From Nitrospiraceae bacterium (lineage in GTDB: Bacteria > Nitrospirota > Nitrospiria > Nitrospirales > Nitrospiraceae): 64,000 nt of DNA. The stretch covers positions 460,811 through 524,810 of the forward strand of contig JBFWWG010000002.1 of assembly GCA_050246315.1 (NCBI GenBank), given 5' to 3'. The position numbers and the translations under genes were made by a program. Positions 38,164-46,845 of this stretch are shown piece by piece (the stretch's first letter is position 1; every line of letters begins with the position of its first letter). The notes under the pieces were generated by a model that was not told where the DNA came from, searched no databases, and saw nothing but the letters and a program-made list of their open reading frames with translations.

Positions 38164-38364
38164 ATGACGGATGAGCAAGCGAGACAACGGATTGAAGCCG
38201 CCATCGCCCAATTCGGCCCCCGCGCCGCCATCGCGATTGAGCTCGTCATCAACGAAGTCCGGTCGGATCAGGGGCACGAGGCCGCCAATCAACTGATCGA
38301 TGAATTCGATCTCGAACTGCTATACAACATTACGCCCTACGAATCCGGATTTTCGAACGTCTAA
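38164..38364 (+). CDS. Small hypothetical protein
   Basis: MTDEQARQRIE...NQLIDEFDLE; GGGG RBS-like. Confidence 0.6.
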   Translation: MTDEQARQRIEAAIAQFGPRAAIAIELVINEVRSDQGHEAANQLIDEFDLELLYNITPYESGFSNV

Positions 38365-38398
38365 TCCATTCTCCTCACCTCCATCCAGGTCACGACGG

Positions 38399-39490
38399 TT
38401 GCCTCTCATCTGGTGCAGCATTTCCGGTCACGGGTTCGGCCACGCGGCCCAAGTCACCCCGGTTCTGAATGAGCTGGGCGTCAGGCTCCCGAATTTACGG
38501 GTCATCCTTCGCACGACGGTCCCGGCCTCTTTCTTCGAAGCCCGTTTGACCATCCCCTGGAACCTGAGCCCGGCTCGACAGGACATCGGCTGTGTTCAGC
38601 ATGGTCCGCTGGTGATCGACATCGACGCGACCTGGAAGGCCCATGCGGAATTGCACCAGGACTGGGAGCACTTGGTCGAACGGGAACGGCGGGAAATGGC
38701 TTCAGTCCAGCCGGATCTCGTGCTCTCCGATATTTCGCACTTGAGCATCGACGCCGCAGCCAGGTCCGGCCTTCGCTCGATTGCACTCTGCTCGCTCTCC
38801 TGGGATGCCATTCTCAAGGGGTATCTGTCCTCCGGCTCTCCTGCCGCAGCCGAACACCATGCAACCATCGCACACATCCGCCGCTGCTACGAAGCGGCCT
38901 CGACCCTGATCCGACCCACGCCCGGGATGGACCTGCCGGCGTTCAAGCAGATTGTCGATGTCGGGCCGATCATCGAAACGATCACGCCGGAATCAGCCAG
39001 ACTCCGGGACGCGATCGGGTCCAACCCGGACGAACGGCTCGTTCTGGTGGGGTTCGGTGGCATCAGCCTGACGTCCCTGCCCTACGAACAGATGGAGCGG
39101 ATGATCGGCTATCGGTTCCTCATCGACGGCCGGCCTCCTCATTCGTTTCAACGTCTTCACTCGGCGTTGGACCTCGGCATGAAATTCATGACGGTGCTGG
39201 CCTCTGTTGACCTCGTCATCACCAAGCCCGGCTACAGCACCATCGTCGAGGCGGTCGATAAGCGCAAGCCGGTGGTCTATGTCCGCCGGCACCACTTCGG
39301 AGATGAGGCCTCCCTGGTCGAATATCTCCACCGGTACGGTCGCGGTGCCGAGCTCAGCCTTGACGATTTTTCATCCGGAAGGTGGGAATCCGCCCTCAAC
39401 ACAGCCTGGCAGGCACCCCATCCGAGCGATCCGCCTCCGCCTTCCGGCGTGGCGCAAGCCGCAGCTCTGCTGGCCGACTCTCTCTCGTGA
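38399..39490 (+). CDS. GT-B glycosyltransferase-like protein
   Basis: ISGHGFGHA, VGFGG, DLVITKPGYSTIVEA; start uncertain (TTG). Confidence 0.8.
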   Translation: MPLIWCSISGHGFGHAAQVTPVLNELGVRLPNLRVILRTTVPASFFEARLTIPWNLSPARQDIGCVQHGPLVIDIDATWKAHAELHQDWEHLVERERREMASVQPDLVLSDISHLSIDAAARSGLRSIALCSLSWDAILKGYLSSGSPAAAEHHATIAHIRRCYEAASTLIRPTPGMDLPAFKQIVDVGPIIETITPESARLRDAIGSNPDERLVLVGFGGISLTSLPYEQMERMIGYRFLIDGRPPHSFQRLHSALDLGMKFMTVLASVDLVITKPGYSTIVEAVDKRKPVVYVRRHHFGDEASLVEYLHRYGRGAELSLDDFSSGRWESALNTAWQAPHPSDPPPPSGVAQAAALLADSLS

Positions 39491-39583
39491 CCATCGGTCA
39501 TCCTTCCGCTTGACAAGCCCTTGGCCGGTCGATAAGGTGCCCCGAGCCGGCATTCCTCTTCACTCCCGTCAGTCGACGAGATC

Positions 39584-39871
39584 ATGCGCTATCGCATTCC
39601 CGAAGATGTGGTCTCCCGCGAAGTCGGCGGAGAGGCAATTCTGTTGAACCTCGCAACCGGTACCTACTTCGGGCTCGACGGGATCGGCACCGAAATCTGG
39701 ACGGTCCTCGCCCGCGAGGGCACCGCCGAAGCGGTGACCAGTTCCCTACTCGCCGACTATGACGTGGAGGAACCGCGCCTCCGTCGCGATATCGATCAGT
39801 TCATCCAACAGCTCGTGCACAAGGGCCTCCTGGCGGCCGAGCCGATCCACGTGGGCCGTGACGGCCCATAA
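39584..39871 (+). CDS. PqqD-family RiPP recognition element (lasso B1)
   Basis: VVSREVGGEAILLNLATGTYFGLDGIGTEIW...YDV...DI..F...L..KGLL. Confidence 0.9.
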   Translation: MRYRIPEDVVSREVGGEAILLNLATGTYFGLDGIGTEIWTVLAREGTAEAVTSSLLADYDVEEPRLRRDIDQFIQQLVHKGLLAAEPIHVGRDGP

Positions 39872-40008
39872 CAAGGACAGTGTGACATCCGTTGGATCTT
39901 GGCCGTCGGAAGGCCACACCCGCGTCATTCGTCAATCGTGAGATTGCCTGATCCAGACGGCGGTTGACGATCGACCTCCTTTCACGATGGGCACCTTGCC
40001 TCTTTGTC

Positions 40009-42006
40009 ATGAGCGGAATCATCGGAACTCTCAATCTTGATGGCGCGCCGGCGGACCGATCGTTGCTGGCCCGCATGGCGAACCGGCTGGCTCACCGGGG
40101 ACCGGACGGATCGGACACCTGGGTCAGCGGCCCGCTGGGCATGGGCCATCTCATGTTACACAGCACGCCCGAATCGCTTGCCGAAAGACAGCCGCTCTCC
40201 GACTCATCTCAGACTCTCTCTGTGACGCTCGACGGTCGGATCGACAACCGCAATGAACTGTGCAGGCTCTTGGCCGACCGGTCCAAATTCGATACTCCTC
40301 TGTCCGACGCCCAACTCCTCCTCCTGGCCTATGAGCGCTGGGGAACGGCCTGTCCGGAACGGATCATCGGCGACTTCGCCTTCGCCCTCTGGGACCGCCG
40401 TGAACGGCAGTTGTTCTTCGCGCGCGACGTCCTCGGAACCAAGCCGTTCTTCTATACTCGTCACCGACACCGCTTGCTGTGGGCGTCGGAACCACGGGCC
40501 TTACTCGAAGATCCTGACGTGAGGACGGCGCCGGATGAAGGCATGATCGGCGAATACCTTGCGGTTGCGATCACCAACAACCGGGATACGCTCTTCCAGG
40601 AGATCAAGCGTCTACCCCCCGCCCATTGCCTCACCGTTCAGACAGACCGGCCCGAGGAACCGATCCGCATCTGGCAATACTGGGCTCCCGATCCTCGCCG
40701 CCGGATCTGCTATCGGAGTGACGGGGATTATGCCGCACACTTTCTGGATCTGTTTAGAGAGGCGGTGCGCTGTTCGCTCAGAAGCCACCGGCCCGTCAGG
40801 GCCGAACTCAGCGGCGGGCTCGATTCCTCCTCGATCGTGGCGGTCGCCTGCTCGCTGATCCGAGACGGTTCCATCACGAGCCAAGGATTCGAAACCCTGT
40901 CCCTGACCTTTCCAAGCAAAGCCTGCGACGAAACCTCGTATATTCTGGACATGATGCACCAGTGGCGTCTGCGCGGAACGCTGGAAGTGGTGCCCGACTC
41001 CGACCCGCATGATTATCCCGCACTGGTCCGCGAAGACCTGGACCTGCCGGACTATCCGAACGGCATGATGTCGATGGGTCTCCTCGCCAAGGCTCGCGAT
41101 AAAGGGGCAGTCGTCGTTCTCAATGGGGCCGGCGGCGATGAATGGCTGGGAGGCAGCTACTACCATTACGCCGACCTTGTGCGTGCCGGCCGCCTGTTCA
41201 GCCTTATGCGACGCCTGTGGGACGACCGGCGGGCTCTCAGCGTCGCCTTTCCCCCTTGTTCGATCCTTCGTCTAGGCATCTGGCCGAACCTGCCTCGTTG
41301 GCTCCGGGTCTCGCTCCGCCGCATGATCGGGAGGCGGGGTCTCCCCCGATGGATTTTGCCGGACTTCGCCCGTCGAATCGACCTGCTCGATCGGCTCGGC
41401 ATTGAGCCCGGTCCACGCCGCGGCCGCTCCTTCGCCCAGGAGGATCTGTATCGTACCCTGTGGAGCGGGTGGCAGGCGCAAGGGAACGAGGCCGGTGATC
41501 GAGCGTTGGCGCGCTGCGGCATCGAACAACGGTCGCCATTCAACGACCGCCGGATCATCGAGTTCGCCTTTGCGATTCCGGAGGAGCAACGATGGCGTCA
41601 CGGCAAGCCTAAGTTTCTCTTGCGCCAAGCCATGAACGGGCTCTTGCCGGAATCGGTGAGGAACCGAAACACCAAGGCCGATTTCTCCCACATCTTTCTT
41701 CAGGCGCTGAGAAGTCAGGGCGGCGCACGCCTATTCGAGTCCTTGCAAACGGAGCAACTCGGTTGGATCAACGGCGAGGAGATCCGCCGCATGTATCGTC
41801 GCATGGAGAACGACTACCGAATCGGCAATCAGCGGTATGCCAGCTCAACCTGGCCGCTCTGGATGGTCTATGGCATCGAACTGTGGCTCCGTGCGTTGAC
41901 CGAGCCGGAAGGAGTGCAATTCCATGAGGGAAGAGGACGATCCTCCGAAGAGGCAGGGGACGGTCAGGAGAACTTACAAGCCGCCTACCTTGGTGGAGTA
42001 CGGTAA
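40009..42006 (+). CDS. Lasso peptide cyclase (asparagine synthetase-like)
   Basis: Starts MSGIIG (Ser at the AsnB catalytic Cys position), HRGPD, GDFAFALWD, LSGGLDSS, GAGGDE, K.LLR.AM; flanked by RRE and precursor. Confidence 0.85.
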   Translation: MSGIIGTLNLDGAPADRSLLARMANRLAHRGPDGSDTWVSGPLGMGHLMLHSTPESLAERQPLSDSSQTLSVTLDGRIDNRNELCRLLADRSKFDTPLSDAQLLLLAYERWGTACPERIIGDFAFALWDRRERQLFFARDVLGTKPFFYTRHRHRLLWASEPRALLEDPDVRTAPDEGMIGEYLAVAITNNRDTLFQEIKRLPPAHCLTVQTDRPEEPIRIWQYWAPDPRRRICYRSDGDYAAHFLDLFREAVRCSLRSHRPVRAELSGGLDSSSIVAVACSLIRDGSITSQGFETLSLTFPSKACDETSYILDMMHQWRLRGTLEVVPDSDPHDYPALVREDLDLPDYPNGMMSMGLLAKARDKGAVVVLNGAGGDEWLGGSYYHYADLVRAGRLFSLMRRLWDDRRALSVAFPPCSILRLGIWPNLPRWLRVSLRRMIGRRGLPRWILPDFARRIDLLDRLGIEPGPRRGRSFAQEDLYRTLWSGWQAQGNEAGDRALARCGIEQRSPFNDRRIIEFAFAIPEEQRWRHGKPKFLLRQAMNGLLPESVRNRNTKADFSHIFLQALRSQGGARLFESLQTEQLGWINGEEIRRMYRRMENDYRIGNQRYASSTWPLWMVYGIELWLRALTEPEGVQFHEGRGRSSEEAGDGQENLQAAYLGGVR

Positions 42007-42103
42007 TATCGCGAAGCTCACCCACACCGCATTCGGCAGCGGAGCGGACGGAGGGATGATGGGGAACATGATGGGAACCAGCGGCATGATGATGTGTTTA
42101 TGA
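41924..42103 (+). CDS. Lasso peptide precursor, 59 aa (absent from ORF track)
   Basis: AAGGAG RBS; MREEDDPPKRQGTVRRTYKPPTLVEYGNIAKLTH-TAFGSGADGGMMGNMMGTSGMMMCL; YxxPxLxxxGxxxxLT leader motif. Confidence 0.88.
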   Translation: MREEDDPPKRQGTVRRTYKPPTLVEYGNIAKLTHTAFGSGADGGMMGNMMGTSGMMMCL

Positions 42104-42133
42104 GCCCGAGGTCCCAGCATCGGAGAGCCGAAC

Positions 42134-43303
42134 TTGTCCACGATTATCGATGAACATCGCGAGTATCTCAGCGATAGACCACGCCTGGCTGCGTTCCGGC
42201 AGGCGCTGGAACAACTCGTCACGCCGGACTCGGTCGTCCTTGACTTGGGTTGCGGCACCGGGATTCTCGGATTGCTGGCCTGCCGCGCCGGCGCCAAGAG
42301 GGTCTATGCCGTCGATGAGGGCGGCGTAATCGAGGTCGCGCGAGGCCTGTGTTCAGCGAACGGCTTTGCCGACCGGATGAGGTTCATCAAAGGATTGTCT
42401 ACCCAGATAGAGTTGCCGGAGCAGGTTGATCTGATCGTCGCGGATCAGATCGGCCACTTCGGCTTCGAGGCCGGCATCTGCTTATACTTTCGAGATGCCA
42501 AGGCGCGCTTCTTGAAGCCGACCGGACAGACGATCCCGAAGCGAATCGCCCTCCATGTCGCTCCACTCGAACACCAAGCGCTCCGAGACCAGGTGGATTT
42601 CTGGCGGCAGGCTCCGCGACAGGGCCTCATCGAATTCGATTTGAGTCCGGTCCATCTGCCGGCCCTGAATAGCGGATACCCGGTGAAACTCCAGCCCGAC
42701 CACCTCCTTGGTCCTTCGGCTATGGCCGCCTCGTTCGATCCAGCCGAGGCGCCGGAACCGATGCGGTTTCATACGGACCTGACGGTGGGACGGGCCGGAG
42801 TATTTCATGGCATCGGCGGCTGGTTCGTGGCGGAGCTTGCCCCCGGCGTGACGATGTCCAACTCGCCGCTTTTCGCGCAGCGGGTCAATCGCCGTAACGC
42901 CTTCTTCCCCGTCGCTCAGCCGGTTTCAGTGGAGAAGGATGATCGGATCGACCTCACGATGACGATTCTGCCCTCGCAGACGGTGGTGTCCTGGAAGGTC
43001 CAGGTTTGGCGGACGACGACACCCTCCCAGCCTGGCCGGCGGACCCTTCTGACCGAGTCCACCCATTCGACCATGCAGGGCATGTTATTGAGCCGGGAAG
43101 ACCTTCACCGCACAAGGCCGGACTTTGTGCCACGCCTGACTCCCTGGGGAGAGGCGCGGCAGACCGTGCTCTCCTACTGCGACGGCAACCTTCCGCTCGC
43201 CATGATTGAACAGGAAGTCCTGCGGAGTCACCCGGATCTCTTTCCAAATCTCACGGCGGCCTCCATCTTCGTCGCCGAGGTCGTGACCCGATACAGCCGG
43301 TGA
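42134..43303 (+). CDS. PRMT-like class I SAM methyltransferase
   Basis: H..YL.D..R..AF..AL, VLDLGCGTGIL, AGAKRVYAVD, DLIVADQIG, FHGIGGWF. Confidence 0.85.
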   Translation: MSTIIDEHREYLSDRPRLAAFRQALEQLVTPDSVVLDLGCGTGILGLLACRAGAKRVYAVDEGGVIEVARGLCSANGFADRMRFIKGLSTQIELPEQVDLIVADQIGHFGFEAGICLYFRDAKARFLKPTGQTIPKRIALHVAPLEHQALRDQVDFWRQAPRQGLIEFDLSPVHLPALNSGYPVKLQPDHLLGPSAMAASFDPAEAPEPMRFHTDLTVGRAGVFHGIGGWFVAELAPGVTMSNSPLFAQRVNRRNAFFPVAQPVSVEKDDRIDLTMTILPSQTVVSWKVQVWRTTTPSQPGRRTLLTESTHSTMQGMLLSREDLHRTRPDFVPRLTPWGEARQTVLSYCDGNLPLAMIEQEVLRSHPDLFPNLTAASIFVAEVVTRYSR

Positions 43304-44310
43304 GGGCCGTGGGTCGTCATCCGGACATCCCCTATCGCTATTCGTTCGCCGACTTGATCCTCTCTAGCAATACGACTTTGCCCGACCTCCCTCCGTTGTC
43401 CTCCAACTCCTTCCAGCCAGCCGATCAGGAGGCTCCGCTCGAAGTCACCTTCTCAAATCGGTCGCCGCTGGCTGCCCAGCCTGACCGCTGGCTGGTCCGG
43501 ATCGGGGGTAGGCGGCGGCCATGGATGTGTTTGGGTCTGACCAAAAATGGTTACCTGCTTCGGTTCCTCGGTATCGCAGATTTCCTGCTCGATTCCTCGG
43601 GTCGATGGATCCAAGGGAGATCGGATGGCCGGACAACGAAGCGGCGAGTCGCCCATCTTTTGCTGGACCATGTGCTGCCTCTTGCTCTTTCGCTCAGACA
43701 GAAGACCGTGCTCCACGCTTCGGCGGTTGTCACTCGGGATGGTTGTTGTGTGTTCACCGGCCCTTCCGGCTCCGGCAAATCGACGCTCGCTGCAAGTTTT
43801 CAGGCTGATGGGGCTGAGCTGCTCAGCGATGACTGCGTGATGCTCACCAAACGAAACGGATCAGTCTGGGTGACGCCCACCTATCGGAGTCTAAGGCTCT
43901 GGTCCGATTCGCTTCGACATCTCGTCCCGCCTCAACCCGCTGAGCCGGTCCGGTTCGGCTCGTCCATCAAACATTCGGTCTTGGTCCCAGCCGGACGAAC
44001 TCGCCTCGCTTATCCGGTGCGCAGGATCTACCATCTTTCGGCTGGAGTGATCCGCCCAAACGGACAACGTCGCTCGCCCATGACATCCCGCGCGACGGTG
44101 ACGACACTGAGTCTCCGCGAGGGGTTGGTACACCTGCTTGCCGCTCTGCGCCGAGTGAACATGACAGACCCTATCGGCTTGATTCGAGAATTGGAGGCGC
44201 TGAGTCCCATCGTGGAAGCAGTCCCGGTCAAACGGTTGACCGTGCCGCATCGTTATGACCGCCTAGACGAAGTTCGCGAGGTCGTTCGGCAGGACTTGCA
44301 AGGGACCTGA
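43300..44310 (+). CDS. HprK-related kinase (lasso tailoring type)
   Basis: LHASAV, GPSGSGKSTLA, LSDD, LRLW. Confidence 0.85.
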   Translation: MRAVGRHPDIPYRYSFADLILSSNTTLPDLPPLSSNSFQPADQEAPLEVTFSNRSPLAAQPDRWLVRIGGRRRPWMCLGLTKNGYLLRFLGIADFLLDSSGRWIQGRSDGRTTKRRVAHLLLDHVLPLALSLRQKTVLHASAVVTRDGCCVFTGPSGSGKSTLAASFQADGAELLSDDCVMLTKRNGSVWVTPTYRSLRLWSDSLRHLVPPQPAEPVRFGSSIKHSVLVPAGRTRLAYPVRRIYHLSAGVIRPNGQRRSPMTSRATVTTLSLREGLVHLLAALRRVNMTDPIGLIRELEALSPIVEAVPVKRLTVPHRYDRLDEVREVVRQDLQGT

Positions 44311-44316
44311 CGACGC

Positions 44317-45477
44317 ATGAGGATGGACCACCTCCATCCGCGGCTCGCCGCCGCGCTCGGCATTGTTCGGTGCACCGCCCAAGCCATCCCTCTCGTCACC
44401 ACCGATTGGCCGAAGTTGATCGAACAGGCCGAGCGATATCGCCTGATTCCCCTGCTCCATGACCACCTGCTCCAAACCGGATTGTTCTCGACCCTGCCTG
44501 ACTCCGCTCACCAGGCATTACGGAGCCGGCTCGCCGAGATCGCTGCTCGGCAACTGTCGCTGACGTACGGCCTGACCGCCATCCTCAAACGATGCAAGGC
44601 GGCAGCCATTCCCTGTGCGCCACTCCGCGGGCCGGCGCTGACTTCAATGCTTGCCCCCTCCCTGTCCACCAGGGTGATGGAGGATATCGATCTGCTCATC
44701 CCCAAACGACTCCTTGGCACTATGGTCGTCCTGTTGGCAGATTTGGGGTATCGCCAGATCGAACAGCGCCCGGGCTTTGCACAGCGATTTTCGTATGCGA
44801 CATCGTTCGTCGCATTGAGGCCGGTTCCGCTCTGCGTGGACGTCCATTGGAGTTTGGCCTACCCGCCTCATCACGATCGCATCGACATGGAGGGAGTCTG
44901 GCAACGAGCCGAACAGAGGGAGTTTGATCGCGCACCCGGTTGGTCGATCAGCCTGCCGGACCTTCTGATCCATTTATGCGCCCATTGGCAGCATAAAGGC
45001 GGAAGGGGACCGATCTTGTGGCTCTTCGAACTGGATCAACTCATCCGCCGCAACCGGAATCTCGACTGGCACCTTGTTCGTGAACTGGCCCGCGACAGCG
45101 GACAGTGCCCGGCTGTGTGCAAGACTCTTATGGAACTGCGAGACCTCTATGAGACGCCGTTACCGGAATGGCTGCTCGATCGAGGAACTCAGTCCGGTTT
45201 GCCGAGCGCTTCTCTCGCAGAAATTGGTCCGTTCGAAGAATGGGCGCAGTTGGCCTCGTTACCGGATCTGTTCACCAAACTGCGCTACGCGGGCTCACTC
45301 GTCTGGCCCTCGCCAGAGTATATGCGCTGGCGTTACGGCGTCTCCAGTTCGGCGGCGCTGCTCTGGGCCTACCTACGCAGATCTGTTGAGCTAGGCTGGG
45401 CCGTGGCCCCCTGGCGACTGACTCGCCTTAGATCCTACATTTCGCGGTTCTCGTCTCGGTTTACCTTATTCAAATGA
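44317..45477 (+). CDS. Nucleotidyltransferase family protein (lasso-associated type)
   Basis: LRGPAL, R.MEDIDLLI, VDVHW, LIHLCAH. Confidence 0.85.
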   Translation: MRMDHLHPRLAAALGIVRCTAQAIPLVTTDWPKLIEQAERYRLIPLLHDHLLQTGLFSTLPDSAHQALRSRLAEIAARQLSLTYGLTAILKRCKAAAIPCAPLRGPALTSMLAPSLSTRVMEDIDLLIPKRLLGTMVVLLADLGYRQIEQRPGFAQRFSYATSFVALRPVPLCVDVHWSLAYPPHHDRIDMEGVWQRAEQREFDRAPGWSISLPDLLIHLCAHWQHKGGRGPILWLFELDQLIRRNRNLDWHLVRELARDSGQCPAVCKTLMELRDLYETPLPEWLLDRGTQSGLPSASLAEIGPFEEWAQLASLPDLFTKLRYAGSLVWPSPEYMRWRYGVSSSAALLWAYLRRSVELGWAVAPWRLTRLRSYISRFSSRFTLFK

Positions 45478-45536
45478 TCGTATTCCTGCGTGCTTCTGTG
45501 CCATGGTACGATGCCTGCCAATTGGAAGATCCAGCA

Positions 45537-46037
45537 ATGGAACGCCCCTTCGACAAAGACCTCGAGTACATGCGACTGGCGATCGATGAGGCCACACTCG
45601 CCGCCGCACGCGGCGAAGTCCCGATCGCCGCCATCCTGGTCGCAGAGGACCGGATCGTCGCCCAGGGCCACAATTTCCGAGAACTCTGGCAGGACCCGAC
45701 GGCCCATGCCGAGATGATTGTCATCCGTGAGGCAGCCGCCAAGCAAGGCACCTGGCGGCTGATCGACACCACGCTCTATGTGACGCTCGAACCCTGTTCG
45801 ATGTGCGCGGGCGCGATTGTCCTGGCGCGGATTCCCCGCCTGGTGTTCGCCGCACCGGATCCCAAGGCGGGCGCCTGCGGCTCGCTGTTCAACATCACGC
45901 AGGACCGGCGTTTGAATCACAGGGTCGAGATCGTAAGCGGGTTGCTCGAACGAGAGAGCCAGGAATTGCTTCAGAGGTTTTTCCGAAGTCTGCGCGAAAA
46001 GGACGAGCGGCGGATGAGTTTGGACCCCGGCCTCTGA
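45537..46037 (+). CDS. tadA: tRNA adenosine(34) deaminase
   Basis: GEVPIAA, DPTAHAE, LYVTLEPCSMCAGA, DPKAGA, FFRSLR. Confidence 0.93.
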   Translation: MERPFDKDLEYMRLAIDEATLAAARGEVPIAAILVAEDRIVAQGHNFRELWQDPTAHAEMIVIREAAAKQGTWRLIDTTLYVTLEPCSMCAGAIVLARIPRLVFAAPDPKAGACGSLFNITQDRRLNHRVEIVSGLLERESQELLQRFFRSLREKDERRMSLDPGL

Positions 46038-46053
46038 TCAATTCCGGCTGTTT

Positions 46054-46845
46054 TCAACTCCCTTCTCCCAACCAGCAACGGACTAGGCGAAGGTCTGGTT
46101 GATAGCGCCGCACCTGCCATTCCACTCCTTCCGCCGCCACGGCACCAAGGTAGGTTGTCGAGAGTGGAACAAAGCGAACCAGCCAAGACCGACCTTTGAT
46201 CTCCCCTTGAAGCCACACCGTCGCGGAATGGCCACCCGGATGACCAATCACCTCGCAGTGTGACAGTCCTCTGGCCAGCCCCACCCCGGTGGCTTTGAGC
46301 ACCGCCTCCTTCGCCGTCCAATACCGGATGAACTCTGCCTTGTAGCGCGGGCGGGACAACAAGGCAAAGTGCGTCTGTTCTGCCGGAGAAAAATATCGCT
46401 CCACGATGGCCTGCGGCCGAACCGGTCGAGTCAGCGCCTCGACATCCACACCGACCGGCCGGCCACTCGCCACGGCAATCATCGTCATGTCGGCCGAATG
46501 GGCCAAGTTGAATTCCAGACGCGGTGACTCGGCCACCTTCACCATCTGAGGCTTACCATTGGCGTGAGCCTGAAACCGGAGTCGCTCGGGTTGTATAGCG
46601 AGGTACCGGCTGAGGACCAGACGCAAGAATCCGTGCGCCAGGACAAAGTGCATCCGATGAGTCGGATCAGCCAGGCGCGCCGCCCGTTTCCGTTCCTCCG
46701 GTGATAAGAGAGCCGTGAACCGCTGAAGATCGCGACGGAACGTCCTGACATCAGCCGTCCACAGGTGCACTGAGCGGGCATCCAGCGCCGGTCTCTCAAC
46801 CGGCTTGGCGGGTTTCCGTTTTTGTTCGGTTGGCATGGCCGTCAC
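46054..46845 (-). CDS. Sfp/HetI-type 4'-phosphopantetheinyl transferase
   Basis: GKP, FNLAHS, VGVDVE, WTAKEAVLKATG.GL. Confidence 0.92.
   Translation of the reverse strand: MTAMPTEQKRKPAKPVERPALDARSVHLWTADVRTFRRDLQRFTALLSPEERKRAARLADPTHRMHFVLAHGFLRLVLSRYLAIQPERLRFQAHANGKPQMVKVAESPRLEFNLAHSADMTMIAVASGRPVGVDVEALTRPVRPQAIVERYFSPAEQTHFALLSRPRYKAEFIRYWTAKEAVLKATGVGLARGLSHCEVIGHPGGHSATVWLQGEIKGRSWLVRFVPLSTTYLGAVAAEGVEWQVRRYQPDLRLVRCWLGEGS

Noticed and set aside
40009..42006. Housekeeping asparagine synthetase AsnB
   Set aside because: N-terminal catalytic Cys replaced by Ser, and the gene is flanked by an RRE and a lasso precursor
46054..46845. NRPS/PKS cluster implied by the PPTase
   Set aside because: No carrier-protein or synthase genes in the window
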